This document shows, piece after piece, positions 19,570 to 30,380 of a stretch of 64,000 nt of DNA. The translations under genes and the position numbers were made by a program. This DNA is from a virus. Each line of letters starts with the position of its first letter. The stretch's first letter is position 1. The stretch spans positions 37,517 through 101,516 of IMG/VR virus record IMGVR_UViG_3300008448_000018; one strand, given 5' to 3'. Under the pieces are notes generated by a model that saw only the letters and a program-made list of their open reading frames with translations, was not told the DNA's origin and made no database searches.

Positions 19570-22500
19570 TATCTTTGTCCTCTAATTCTCTGTGAATCAA
19601 TATACTTAATCTGACCCATTACTGCTCTAGCAATATCGTTAGAACTTGCATTTGATTGTGGAACTGTAATTCCAATATTATAATTATACATGGTCGTAGA
19701 ACTGTCTGAAACTGTTGTTGCTACAGATGTTATTGTTGGCATCACTACAGATGAATTATTAGATGAATAAACTGCTGGAGTCATATCTTCAATCATTGAA
19801 GGGAACTTAGAATTATTCATCTGATTAAGCATTGGACCAAATCTCTTGGTTGCAGCCTTATTCATTACAAACTCTCCAGGGGTAAGCATTGCTGGAACTG
19901 AATCAGATCCAACTCTACCACCTGCAGCAAAATACTTAGGAACCATTCCGCCATAGTTCATTGGCATAATCTTTCCACCATACATTTTCTTTTGTGTACT
20001 ACTACCGCCACCTCCACTGCTTGTATAAACAGTATTAACAATATTTGTTGTTGTAATAATTCTATTTACATTTTCTGTAAGGGTAATAGTCTTACTCTTT
20101 AGTGCCTGCCAAGAAGCAAGAATTGCTGCTGTGTTTTTAGCAGACTTACTTGTTTCTGCTTCAACAGCCTTCATTTTAGACTCTACAGCAGTTAATTCTG
20201 TATTAATAATTACCCACTGATCTTTTGTCTGACCTTGGTAAGTAATGCTCTTAATAAGTGCATCAGTTTGTTTCTCATATTGCTCTTTAGCAAGAGTTGC
20301 TTTTTCAAGAGCCTGTTGTGCTGGTACTAAAGATTCACGTTGCTTCTTATCTATATCAAATTGATAATCTCTAATCTTTTTATTAATTGGCTCACGAAGA
20401 AGTTCTTTAGCATAAATCTGATCTTGTATAGCAAGGATCTGTGCTTCAATAACTTGACGTTGTTGTTCTAGTGCAAATGTTTGTTGACCAATTTGGAACT
20501 GACGCTCTTCAATTTGAACCCTTGTCATTCCGCTAACTGATACTGCACCAATCTCTGCTTCTCGTGCAGCAGCAAGAACTCCAGATGATCTACGTGATGC
20601 AGCCTCTGCAGCCGTTGCCCTCATTTCTTGAGCAGCAGCAGCGGCGGCGGCAATATCTCCTTGACTTAATGCATCAGCAAGTGTAAGTCTTTGTTTTTCT
20701 TGTGCTGCAATTTCAGAGTTAAGTTGTGAAATTTTTGACAAGGCTTCTTCTTGGGCATCATATTTTTTATTAATGCTTTCTTCTGCTCTATCAATAAGTC
20801 CTAAAGTATTTGAAAGAATGTTAGATTCATCACTTAAGTTTGCAAGCGGTCTATCAAAATTAATATCAGCAGTTCTATTTAAGGTATCAATCTGTGCATT
20901 AAGATTATCTATTATTCTTGCTCCATAGACAGTGTTATATTCTAGGTCATACTGAAGGTTGCCAATTTTATCTTGATAATCACTAATAACTTTTTCTGCT
21001 GCATCTATTGCTGCTGTTTGAGCATCTATCTCTTTTGTTAGTTCTTTATATGCTGGAGCAGCGTTTCTTTCTTGTTCAACAAGTGCTGATTGTGCATCAA
21101 AATAATCCATTGCCGCACCAAATGAATCTTGGAATATTTGGAACTGACCCTCTCTGGTTTGCATGTTAAGGTCTTGCTGTAAGTCTTTAACTGCCTGTGC
21201 TGCAGCCTTAGCATCAGTAGCCATTTTCTTTAACTCTTCAGAACTAATGTCTTTTCCATTTATTGCTACGGCAAGTTCGGCATCTGCAACCATTTCAATT
21301 GCTTGTGCAGCATCTATTCCAGCAGCCTTTAGTTTCATAAATGCATTCCACTGAGCCTTTGTAGAATCTACAGTTTGTGATTGTGTAAGTTGGTATTCTC
21401 CAATTACTGCTTCATCAAATGCTTCTTTAAGAGCCTTGCCTTGTGCAGTTAATACTGGCTGACCATTTTTAATGGTCATATATGTTTTACGAGTCTTATC
21501 GTCCATTTGATTAATAAAATCAAGGAACTCTCTATTCATTGCTCCAGGTGCTTGGTTCATAAGGTTTTGCATTACTCCACCAAATTGAGTTAATCCTTTG
21601 CCTTTTGTAACCTTGAGCAGTTCATTAATTCCTCCAGTAGCATTAATTGATGCCTTACGAACCATTTTCAGTCTATTTAAAATATCATCAAGTGTTGTAT
21701 CTCTTGAGCCTGTGTCTCCACCTGTTCCACCTGTACCGCCAGGAATAGCGTTTGGATCTACCTTCCCTTGTCTTCCAACAAGGTCAGCCTTTGCTGCATC
21801 CATGTACTTCTTCTTTTGTGCAGCGGCACCCCTACCTCTAAGTTGAGTAATTCCTTGTGCAGCAAGATATGCAGACAGTACATTTCTATCTCCAGCAGCA
21901 ACAAAGTCAACAATCACACTCTTATTAATTGTTTTAGAAGTACCAACCAAAGTTGTCCATAACTTATCAAATTCTGCAGATGTCATATCTCCAGTAATGC
22001 CTAAATTAAGAAATGCCTCTTTGGTTAATTCTTCTCCAGTTATTCCTGCTAATTTTTCAGTTATTGCAACAACTTCTTTTATTTGTGTTGCTCCATCATC
22101 ATTAACATCAATAGTAATTCCATACTTTTGCTGCATATTAGCAAGAGTTGCAATAGCATTCATATTTTTATCAAAATTCTTTGGATCTTTATTTAAGATA
22201 TCCATAAAGATTGGAAGATTTGTATCTGTTACTCCAGCCTTCATAAGTAATTGCATTACTAGATTTGCATTTTCACTACCTTGTGTTTCAACAAGAACTG
22301 TAAACTGGCTTTCAAGATTTTCGTTATTTGCAAGTTTCATTATAGTTACTGGGTCAAGTGAACCACTAGCAAACTGAACTTGTAGCATTGCCTTAAAGTC
22401 TGCGTCTTTTATTCCATCCATGGCTTTCTTTGCTTCATCAGCAAAAACCTTCATAGGTCCTTCTTTATAGAGCGCATCTATTGCTGCATTAATTCCTTTT

Positions 22501-25500
22501 GTAAATATTTCTGGACCAAAAGCATCTTTTTGTGCAATAAGAAGATTTAGGGCTTCAGCATTTTTAGCATTTAGAGTATCAAGTGCTGCTTTTCTTTCTG
22601 CTTCAATTGTTTTAATTTCAGCATCTGTTTTAGCCATTTTAACTTTAATGTCATATTGTTTATTAAGTGAGTCGACAAGACCATTATTCATTGTTACTTG
22701 CTCTAAACCAAGTTGAAGTGCTGCAGCACCTAGTTCAGCATTTACTTCTCTACGTTTATTTTGATCTGATAGTCCAGCGGCAACGCTTGCTGATCCTGCT
22801 GCAGTAAGAGCAGTTCCACCAGCAAGTAATCCTGCACCTGGAAGACCTCCTGCAGCAAGCGCTGGAACACCTGCTGCTGCCATAAGCCCACCAACTGCTG
22901 CAGTAATTCCTCCACCAATAACTTGACCAACATTGGTAAATGTTACAGTGCTAACTGATTGTTCAAGGGCAGTCTTAAAGAAATCAGCCTGTCTATTCAT
23001 TGATTCCTGCTGAATTGCAAGAGTGATCTTAAGTGGATCTGTTGCAAGGTTTTCGCCATTAGGTCCAAGAAGAGTTGTTAATTTTCCACTAATAATTGCT
23101 GGAATTTCATAACTCTTTAATTCTTCACCAAGCGCTGAGGCAATACTTCTTGCTTGATCAGTTGTTATAACTCCTTGAACAATTGCATAAGCAAGGCTAT
23201 TAGAAATATTTGTACCAATTTGTTGAATTCCTTGACCAGACTTTGCTTGCTTTTCGATATCTGCTAAAAGATTTTTACCAAACTCACTACCAAGAATGTT
23301 TTGACCAAATTTTCTTTGTACTGCATCTTCTCCAGTTAAAACATTTTGTCGTTTTCTGTTTGCCTCTTCTGTAGCGCTTACAGTTCCAGTAGTTTCTGCA
23401 AGACTTTGAAGTTTATCAGATGTCATATTCATAGACTTAGCAAGATCAACTCCAGCCTTTCTAGCCTTTTCAACATCTTTAGCCATCTTTATAAATACTC
23501 CGCCAACAACAGCAATGGCTGCAATGGCTGCTACCCAAGGATTTGCAAGCATAGGAAGAAGCATTGTTATACCCTGCAAACCAAATACAAATGGCATAAT
23601 CTTTTGTGCCATCTCTCCAACTTGACCACCAGCAAATGAGGCAGCAATTGTTAAACCACTCATTGCTCCAATTCCAACGCCTGCCTTTGAACTGAACTGA
23701 GTTAGTTTTTCTTTTGTTGTCATCTGAGCCTTTGTAGACTCTTCCATAGATGTAGTAAGTTTTCTTTCTGCTGCTATCCTACGCTTGGCTTCCTTTAAAC
23801 TTATTTTTTCTGTTGCTGCTATTAATTGTGCACGAGATAGTTGTGCTGATTGTGATACCGCTCCAACTGTAGTGCTTCCAGTTTTTTGTCCTGTTGGAAT
23901 ACCCTGCTCGGCTCCAGCAATTCTAATCTTGCCAAGACCTGGAATAAATGCTGGCTTTCCACTACGAATTGCATTTGTTGTTTTTTTATTAAGAACTGTT
24001 TCGCCCTTACCGATAGCAACTTGTCTTCTATCCCCAATTCCTCCACCAACTACACCTACAGATGTTGGCTTTGCTCTACCAGTTTGACCATCAACAACTC
24101 CAGTCTTAGTTCTTGATTTCTTTGTAGGGGTTATGTCTGCCAAAGTCTTCATTGGTTGTGAATAGAAATTACTCTTTGAGCGATACTCTAGTCCTGCAAG
24201 CACAGCCTTTGCTTGATATGAATTAGGATTGATTGAGGCATCATATCTAGCAACAGCACGTAGTGTTTCTGCTGCTCTAGCATTTGTTGGATGTGTTCCA
24301 GACTGCAACTTCTTAAGTTCATTTCTATCAATTCCCATTGACTTAAGTTGTTCGTCAGACATTCCAAGTAGATTTTGACCAAGTTTGCCCTTTACAGTAT
24401 TTAAGTAATTATTTACATATCCTAAATCTGCTACTAGGTTATTAGCCTTCCACTCTTTAACTCCAGCACTTCTTACTTCTTGAATGTGAGATGCTTGAAC
24501 ATTAAATAAATTCTTTTCTTGTTGTGGTGTTAAAACAATGCCTTGTCTTCTTAAGACTTCCTTAATGGCACGAGTCTCTGACATAAATCCTGATTGAGAC
24601 TGCTTGGCAAGATTTCTAATTGATGATGGTGCAGATGTTCCAGTTGATGAGCCTCTACCAATAGAAAGTCTTCTATCAAGTTGTGAAGCAGTCATTGGGC
24701 GACCACGTTCAACATTTCTATCTAAAGCATTTACAATTTTTTCTGTTTGATATCCATCTGCAAGAAGTTGTTCAATTTTTTTCTTAAGAGCAAGTGCAGT
24801 TTTTTGACTTGTTGTAGGATATGTTTTACCACCAAATGACAACATTCCGTCTGCAGTAACTGTTGCTTTATTTCCTTGCATTCTTGCAAGCAATTTTGCA
24901 CTTCTTGCTGCAAACGCTTCATTGCTTTCTTGTGTTACTCCAGATAAACCTAGGACAAGTCTATTTACTTGGCTTGGGTTAGTATTAAGAACCTGTGCTG
25001 AAGGTCCGCTTAGATCCATCTTTGGTTGGAACTGTGGAGAATTAGCAAATGGTTGTGCATCTCCAGTTCCAGTTCCAAATGCTTGTAGTTTTCCACTAAG
25101 CATTGCATCAATAATTGGTTGGAACTGTGGATCTTGTGCTATATCTGTTGGTATTACTGCTTCTCCAGGCATCAATACTGCAGGAACATTATCTTTTCTT
25201 CCACTGCCTGGAACAGATGCTGTTCCTCTAGCAAATTTCTTTGGAGCGCCACCCTTACCTGGCATCATCATGCCTGGGTTTGCTCTAGCAAAGTTTGCGG
25301 CTGCTACTGTGGCATCAATATATGCTTGACGAAGTAATCTAACTGCAGATGTTTCTGCTGTAAATGATTGGGTTAATCTTGTGTGTGCCTGGTTAAGAGA
25401 TGCAGCAACTGTTGCAGCCTCAAGTTGCTCTGCATTCATATATCCAGTTTGCTCTGCAAGAATCTTTGTATTACCACCAAGTTTTAAGAATCCACCACGA

Positions 25501-27236
25501 AGAGCAAGGAATAGTTTAATAATATTTGCTACACCGTTGGCAAGCAAACCAAATGTCATCAACAATGTTGGACCAATAATTCCAACAAGGGTAGAGGCAA
25601 TTACAATAAACTTCTTTGTTCCATCTCCAAGGTTGTTAAACTTATCAAGAAGGTTTCCAATAGTTTTAACAATTGGTGTAACTGCTTCAAGGAATGTCTT
25701 TCCAATTGGAGCAATTGCTAATTTAAGTTCTTCTACTGCTGATTTAAACTGTGTACCAACAGCATCTTCTACTGTTTTTAATTCTCTTTCTGACAATATT
25801 GCAAGTTGTTCAACAGATGCTCCAGCAAGTTGTAGTACCTTGCTTGCTTGTGTACCGTCTTTAGTTACGTTCTGAAATAGTGTAGACAAACGTGAAAATT
25901 GAAACTTACCAAATAACTGTTCAATTGCACGAGCACGATTAAGAGGATCAAGTGTATCAAGCGCTCTTGCAAAGTCAATAACTGTTTGTCTTACATTTCC
26001 TTGATTTCCTTCAACGATTGCCTTAATATTAATTCCATATCCCGCAAGCATTTCAGATGCTTTTTTAGTTGGATTAATTAATGATGCTAAACCAGACTTA
26101 AGTGCGTTAGCACCTTCTGATGCATTAATTCCACCTTCCTTCATTGCTGTTAGGAAGAATGCTAAATCTTCTACATCTCCGCCAAGTTGCTGTACAACTG
26201 GTCCAGCCTTTGGAATTGCAATTGTTAAATCTTCAATAGATACAACAGTTTGGTTTTCAACTGCGTTAAGGAAGTTAATCTTTTTTGCTAAATCTTCTGC
26301 TGCTATACCAAATGCATTTGTAATTGATATAGTTGTTTCTAGGGCTTGTGTTTGTTCTACCCCGCCAAGAACAGCAAGTCTATTTGCTTCTGCTACTTGT
26401 GCAGTAAGGTCCGCACCCTGTTTACCCATTGCTGCAGCCTGTGAAGCAAGTTCCATAGTCTTAACTGCAGAAACTCCATATTTTGTAAACTCTTTAGCAA
26501 GAGCCTCAATATCTGCAAGAGCCTTAGTTGTTTGATCTGTTGTTGTAAACATGTCACCATAAACACGCTTAAACTTAATAGCCTGTGCTTCAAGATCCAT
26601 AAATGTTTTTGCTGCTGCTGTACCAAAATATGCAAGTGGTACTGTAAATCCAACCATCAACTGGCGACCAGCCCACTGGGTATTCTTACCAAAGTTTAGA
26701 AGATTGGTAGAACCCTGCTTAACTAACTGATTAAATAATGCTTGTTTCTGTGCTGCTAAGGCTGTTTTTGTGGCGTAATCATTCATATCCAATGTTCTTG
26801 GTGTGATTGCCATTGCCTTCATTGCACCAGATGCATCACGACCCATCTTAATATATTGAGTCTGCATCTTCTTGACACGCTCTTCGGCTACCTTGCCAAT
26901 TGTGTCAAACTCTTGTCTAAATAACTTTCCGAATGTCTTAGTAGATCCGCCTGCATAACGGAAATACTCACGCATAGAGAGTTTATTTTTCTCCAGTGCG
27001 TGAGTAAACGACTCCGTTGAAGTTCTTACCAACCCCATCTGGGCAGAGAATTTGCCAGTGGCATTAATAGCGTTTAAAAGATTAGTCTGTAGATTCTTTT
27101 GTGCTGCTGCTGAGGCTGCACTATTCTTTGCTACAGAAGAATGGAAGTTGGCTAATTGACGCTGTAAGTTTTTAAGTTCTGCCAGTGCCGCTGACGTATC
27201 AATATGTACGCCAATATTAGCATTTACATCAGCCAT
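19569..27236 (-). CDS. tape measure protein (2555 aa)
   Basis: Very long Ala-rich helical protein after the chaperones; TP901-like core; TM segments; DSVPAMLTPGEFV motif. Confidence 0.92.
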   Translation of the reverse strand: MADVNANIGVHIDTSAALAELKNLQRQLANFHSSVAKNSAASAAAQKNLQTNLLNAINATGKFSAQMGLVRTSTESFTHALEKNKLSMREYFRYAGGSTKTFGKLFRQEFDTIGKVAEERVKKMQTQYIKMGRDASGAMKAMAITPRTLDMNDYATKTALAAQKQALFNQLVKQGSTNLLNFGKNTQWAGRQLMVGFTVPLAYFGTAAAKTFMDLEAQAIKFKRVYGDMFTTTDQTTKALADIEALAKEFTKYGVSAVKTMELASQAAAMGKQGADLTAQVAEANRLAVLGGVEQTQALETTISITNAFGIAAEDLAKKINFLNAVENQTVVSIEDLTIAIPKAGPVVQQLGGDVEDLAFFLTAMKEGGINASEGANALKSGLASLINPTKKASEMLAGYGINIKAIVEGNQGNVRQTVIDFARALDTLDPLNRARAIEQLFGKFQFSRLSTLFQNVTKDGTQASKVLQLAGASVEQLAILSERELKTVEDAVGTQFKSAVEELKLAIAPIGKTFLEAVTPIVKTIGNLLDKFNNLGDGTKKFIVIASTLVGIIGPTLLMTFGLLANGVANIIKLFLALRGGFLKLGGNTKILAEQTGYMNAEQLEAATVAASLNQAHTRLTQSFTAETSAVRLLRQAYIDATVAAANFARANPGMMMPGKGGAPKKFARGTASVPGSGRKDNVPAVLMPGEAVIPTDIAQDPQFQPIIDAMLSGKLQAFGTGTGDAQPFANSPQFQPKMDLSGPSAQVLNTNPSQVNRLVLGLSGVTQESNEAFAARSAKLLARMQGNKATVTADGMLSFGGKTYPTTSQKTALALKKKIEQLLADGYQTEKIVNALDRNVERGRPMTASQLDRRLSIGRGSSTGTSAPSSIRNLAKQSQSGFMSETRAIKEVLRRQGIVLTPQQEKNLFNVQASHIQEVRSAGVKEWKANNLVADLGYVNNYLNTVKGKLGQNLLGMSDEQLKSMGIDRNELKKLQSGTHPTNARAAETLRAVARYDASINPNSYQAKAVLAGLEYRSKSNFYSQPMKTLADITPTKKSRTKTGVVDGQTGRAKPTSVGVVGGGIGDRRQVAIGKGETVLNKKTTNAIRSGKPAFIPGLGKIRIAGAEQGIPTGQKTGSTTVGAVSQSAQLSRAQLIAATEKISLKEAKRRIAAERKLTTSMEESTKAQMTTKEKLTQFSSKAGVGIGAMSGLTIAASFAGGQVGEMAQKIMPFVFGLQGITMLLPMLANPWVAAIAAIAVVGGVFIKMAKDVEKARKAGVDLAKSMNMTSDKLQSLAETTGTVSATEEANRKRQNVLTGEDAVQRKFGQNILGSEFGKNLLADIEKQAKSGQGIQQIGTNISNSLAYAIVQGVITTDQARSIASALGEELKSYEIPAIISGKLTTLLGPNGENLATDPLKITLAIQQESMNRQADFFKTALEQSVSTVTFTNVGQVIGGGITAAVGGLMAAAGVPALAAGGLPGAGLLAGGTALTAAGSASVAAGLSDQNKRREVNAELGAAALQLGLEQVTMNNGLVDSLNKQYDIKVKMAKTDAEIKTIEAERKAALDTLNAKNAEALNLLIAQKDAFGPEIFTKGINAAIDALYKEGPMKVFADEAKKAMDGIKDADFKAMLQVQFASGSLDPVTIMKLANNENLESQFTVLVETQGSENANLVMQLLMKAGVTDTNLPIFMDILNKDPKNFDKNMNAIATLANMQQKYGITIDVNDDGATQIKEVVAITEKLAGITGEELTKEAFLNLGITGDMTSAEFDKLWTTLVGTSKTINKSVIVDFVAAGDRNVLSAYLAAQGITQLRGRGAAAQKKKYMDAAKADLVGRQGKVDPNAIPGGTGGTGGDTGSRDTTLDDILNRLKMVRKASINATGGINELLKVTKGKGLTQFGGVMQNLMNQAPGAMNREFLDFINQMDDKTRKTYMTIKNGQPVLTAQGKALKEAFDEAVIGEYQLTQSQTVDSTKAQWNAFMKLKAAGIDAAQAIEMVADAELAVAINGKDISSEELKKMATDAKAAAQAVKDLQQDLNMQTREGQFQIFQDSFGAAMDYFDAQSALVEQERNAAPAYKELTKEIDAQTAAIDAAEKVISDYQDKIGNLQYDLEYNTVYGARIIDNLNAQIDTLNRTADINFDRPLANLSDESNILSNTLGLIDRAEESINKKYDAQEEALSKISQLNSEIAAQEKQRLTLADALSQGDIAAAAAAAQEMRATAAEAASRRSSGVLAAAREAEIGAVSVSGMTRVQIEERQFQIGQQTFALEQQRQVIEAQILAIQDQIYAKELLREPINKKIRDYQFDIDKKQRESLVPAQQALEKATLAKEQYEKQTDALIKSITYQGQTKDQWVIINTELTAVESKMKAVEAETSKSAKNTAAILASWQALKSKTITLTENVNRIITTTNIVNTVYTSSGGGGSSTQKKMYGGKIMPMNYGGMVPKYFAAGGRVGSDSVPAMLTPGEFVMNKAATKRFGPMLNQMNNSKFPSMIEDMTPAVYSSNNSSVVMPTITSVATTVSDSSTTMYNYNIGITVPQSNASSNDIARAVMGQIKYIDSQRIRGQR

Positions 27237-27258
27237 TCATTTACACCTCTTTTAAGTA

Positions 27259-27591
27259 TTAGTTGTTTGCAAGTACTGTATTTAAAAGAGTATTTGCGTC
27301 TGTTAGTTTAACTCCAGAAGCGGCTTCAATAACTTTGTAAACTGTTGGGAGATCTAGGATCTCTTCTAGTTTGTTGATATCTTTAGACAGGTCTGGACTG
27401 TACTGCTCCATTGCAATTTGTACACATTCAATAAGAAGAGTCATTGACTTCTCGTTATCTTCTGCCACCCCTGCTACTTGTTCGAACTTCTTCATAAATG
27501 GACGGAGCAAAGAGATCTTAAGTGGACGTACCTTAATCTTTGAGCCATCCATAAGGGTAAGTTCTGTGCCCTCATGTACGGTTGTTGCCAT
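27259..27591 (-). CDS. tail assembly chaperone, short form (G-like)
   Basis: Between tail tube and TMP; paralog of the N-terminal half of 27636..28331; AGGAGG RBS and TGCTATAAT promoter. Confidence 0.7.
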   Translation of the reverse strand: MATTVHEGTELTLMDGSKIKVRPLKISLLRPFMKKFEQVAGVAEDNEKSMTLLIECVQIAMEQYSPDLSKDINKLEEILDLPTVYKVIEAASGVKLTDANTLLNTVLANN

Positions 27592-27635
27592 GTATTTCCT
27601 CCTATATAGGTTAACTCAATTATAGCATAAACAGG

Positions 27636-28331
27636 CTATTTTGTTAAGTTTTCGTAATCTAATCCCATTCCAATACCAAACCCTAACTTCTGGGCTTTAG
27701 GTCCTTGTAAGGATAGAATATCATTTGAATCGTTGGTCTGACCTTTACTAAATACTCTTGCTTTCATGTCTTCCCATTCCTGCTGCCCCTTGCCTTTTCC
27801 AGACTCTGCATCTAGGTCAACTCCTTGAATAGCAGCCATAAATTTCTTTTCTGCATAATCTAATTCTCTACTTACCTCTAGTGTTGCCATGAGTTCTGGC
27901 ATAGATAGTGATAATTCTAATTCATGATAGTCTTTCCAAATACCCAACAAAAATACCTCTGACTCTAATTTAGCAAGGTCTAGGTCATCCCAACTAGAAC
28001 CGCTTTCTACAGCCTGATCTTTTACTGGCTCTTCAGATTTTTTGTTAATTCTAATTCCAGCAGATACATCTAAAACCTTATAAATTGTTGGCATGTCTAT
28101 GCTATCTTCAACATCTTCTACGCTTCCAGATATTGGTGGATAGTATTGCTTCATACATACACGAACACACTCTACTAGGGCTGCTATGGCTTCATCATCA
28201 TTTTTAGTTACCTTGACATTTTCAAATGCCTGCATAAATTCACGTAAATACTTAATCTTTAATGGCATTATTTCTAATTCTGTACCATCAAATAAATGTA
28301 TTATTTCACTTTTATATACTGTAGTTGCCAT
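27636..28331 (-). CDS. tail assembly chaperone, long form (GT-like)
   Basis: Follows the major tail gene; G-like N-terminal domain plus C-terminal extension (WKDYHELELSLSMPEL). Confidence 0.7.
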   Translation of the reverse strand: MATTVYKSEIIHLFDGTELEIMPLKIKYLREFMQAFENVKVTKNDDEAIAALVECVRVCMKQYYPPISGSVEDVEDSIDMPTIYKVLDVSAGIRINKKSEEPVKDQAVESGSSWDDLDLAKLESEVFLLGIWKDYHELELSLSMPELMATLEVSRELDYAEKKFMAAIQGVDLDAESGKGKGQQEWEDMKARVFSKGQTNDSNDILSLQGPKAQKLGFGIGMGLDYENLTK

Positions 28332-28350
28332 AGAAATTCTATTCTACCAT

Positions 28351-28385
28351 AAAACAACAAAGCCCACATCCGAAGACATGGGCTC
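28351..28385 (-). terminator. intrinsic terminator after major tail gene
   Basis: Minus strand GAGCCCATGTC-TTCG-GATGTGGGCTT followed by TGTTGTTTT; cUUCGg loop. Confidence 0.75.
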
Positions 28386-28403
28386 TGATGTATAGTTAAA
28401 CTA

Positions 28404-29042
28404 TTAAGACAATAGGTCTCCGAAGGTACGATCAACGATCTTACCATATGAGCCTGAAGTATCTTCTGGTAGCAAACGGAATGATACTTCAAACATTGAA
28501 GCCTCATCACGCTTTGCTGAAACTGTTACGTTTTCGATTGACAAAGCACGGTATGCTGTGTAGACACGCTCCACGAATGGAGAATCTACGCAATCACCTG
28601 TACCAGGACCGACTGCAACAATTCCACGCTCTACTGGACATTCGCCAATATCACCTGCAGATAGGTTCAAGACCTGACCTGAGTGAGTTGACTTTGAACC
28701 AGTTAGTTCGTCTGAACTGAATGCCAACGCCAAGAGAAGATTCTCTAGTGTTGCCTCAGCAAAAGCAGTTGCAAGATTAACCTGCATGCCTTGCTTATAA
28801 AGTTTTGCAACGTCAAGAATTTGGTCTACCTGGACTTCACCGAAGTCTGGTTGGAACTGCATTTCTAGACCGTTCATGGTGTAACCTACGTTTGTGTAAT
28901 CCGCATCGTTTGAGAGTGTTTCTCTAAAAGATACTTCTGTGCTAAACGGCTCCAGGGTTGCTGGAGTTAGGGTTGTGTCTGCAACGAAAAGTGCTGCTGC
29001 ACCAACAATAATGTTGGACGACGTTCCACGACTGTATGCCAT
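28404..29042 (-). CDS. major tail (tube) protein
   Basis: IIVGAA...GYTMNGLE...EATLENL pattern; position before chaperones and TMP. Confidence 0.85.
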   Translation of the reverse strand: MAYSRGTSSNIIVGAAALFVADTTLTPATLEPFSTEVSFRETLSNDADYTNVGYTMNGLEMQFQPDFGEVQVDQILDVAKLYKQGMQVNLATAFAEATLENLLLALAFSSDELTGSKSTHSGQVLNLSAGDIGECPVERGIVAVGPGTGDCVDSPFVERVYTAYRALSIENVTVSAKRDEASMFEVSFRLLPEDTSGSYGKIVDRTFGDLLS

Positions 29043-29119
29043 ATATTCACCTCTTCCTTAAGAATAGATATTAAGTTGTACGGCGTTTGTGTTTCCTCAC
29101 CATAATTATAACAGCATTT

Positions 29120-29698
29120 TTATGTGTATCTTTGGGACGTTCCAAGGGTATCTGTAGTATGGTAGTCATACTCTATGACCAATTTATTCAAAAATAGTGT
29201 TCGTGCTGAGGCTAACTCGGCTATATCTCTTGCCTCATCTGCCTGATAAACCTTAATATTATGAAACATTACATTTTTAGTAATAGCATTGCCATTTTCA
29301 TCTTCTATGTCATTAACGGATAGCCAGGCGTTTAGATCTTGGGCTGCTGAATCTTCTCTATCTAGACACTCAATAATTACCCTGGTCGCATCAAAAAGTT
29401 TGGTCAAGTCTGGGGCATAAATAAAGTATACAAGTTGCTCTCTTTTATTTCTATAAAATGCATTTGGTCTAAATCTAATAAGCCTATCAAACATAACTAC
29501 TATAGCATTTGGGTTATTTTTAATATAAACGCTATCATTATAAATGTCTTCTATATTAATTGGGCTTTGTGCTGGGAAAAATGGTTGAAATGGGTTAGGT
29601 CCATCTGGAATCAAACCAAACTCTTTTAACTCGCTGTTTATATAAGCATTAAGAAATGTTGGGGGGAAGCCAGTCTGAGCATAAGTATTTAAAGTCAT
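29120..29698 (-). CDS. putative tail terminator protein
   Basis: Position directly before the tail tube gene. Confidence 0.55.
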   Translation of the reverse strand: MTLNTYAQTGFPPTFLNAYINSELKEFGLIPDGPNPFQPFFPAQSPINIEDIYNDSVYIKNNPNAIVVMFDRLIRFRPNAFYRNKREQLVYFIYAPDLTKLFDATRVIIECLDREDSAAQDLNAWLSVNDIEDENGNAITKNVMFHNIKVYQADEARDIAELASARTLFLNKLVIEYDYHTTDTLGTSQRYT

Positions 29699-29702
29699 AG
29701 GT

Positions 29703-30380
29703 CTATTCTACACCAATCTTTGCATTTGCTATCCACCTAAATCCAGTATCGACTCCTTTAGATTTACCCAGTTTTGATCCAGCCTTAAAGTTCTTCTTAT
29801 ATAGAACTGGCTTCTTTATATAATCGTAAATTCCACTAGCACGTAAAAATGATTGCTTAAAATATTTAAGAATAAACTCATCTATTGTTCTTTCAAATGA
29901 TCCAGCAACATACTCTCCGCCTGGGTTTCTCACTGTTACTGGATTCTTGGTAAAGATAGTCTCTCCGCCTTGTTCAAAAACCAATACTGAAGATTTCTTG
30001 GGTGTTATAGTTACTGGTATGCCGTTTTCCATAATGCTTGCTTTATTATAAAATGGAACATTTGAATCTTCTTTTAATGTTCTAGATTGTCTAAACTTTG
30101 AGTTAAATGTTAAACCAAGATTACTAACTGTATAGTCTATGTCAAATAGTCTTGCGCTAGGGCTTCCTGTTTGGTACCACTCGTACACATGGTGTAGGGC
30201 ATTAGGATTACCTTTAGCAGAAACATCTACATATGCAGCCATTGCTTGTATTGTTCCTGCACCAAGATTTTTTAAAAATACTGACTTACCTTTTTGCACA
30301 CCATCTAAAAATCCCATAGAGTATTTAATAATATTACCAACCTGAGATTCAAATTGTTTTGAGTTTGTTGTTATTCTCAT
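29703..30380 (-). CDS. putative neck/tail completion protein
   Basis: Position in head-tail joining block; basic composition. Confidence 0.5.
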   Translation of the reverse strand: MRITTNSKQFESQVGNIIKYSMGFLDGVQKGKSVFLKNLGAGTIQAMAAYVDVSAKGNPNALHHVYEWYQTGSPSARLFDIDYTVSNLGLTFNSKFRQSRTLKEDSNVPFYNKASIMENGIPVTITPKKSSVLVFEQGGETIFTKNPVTVRNPGGEYVAGSFERTIDEFILKYFKQSFLRASGIYDYIKKPVLYKKNFKAGSKLGKSKGVDTGFRWIANAKIGVE

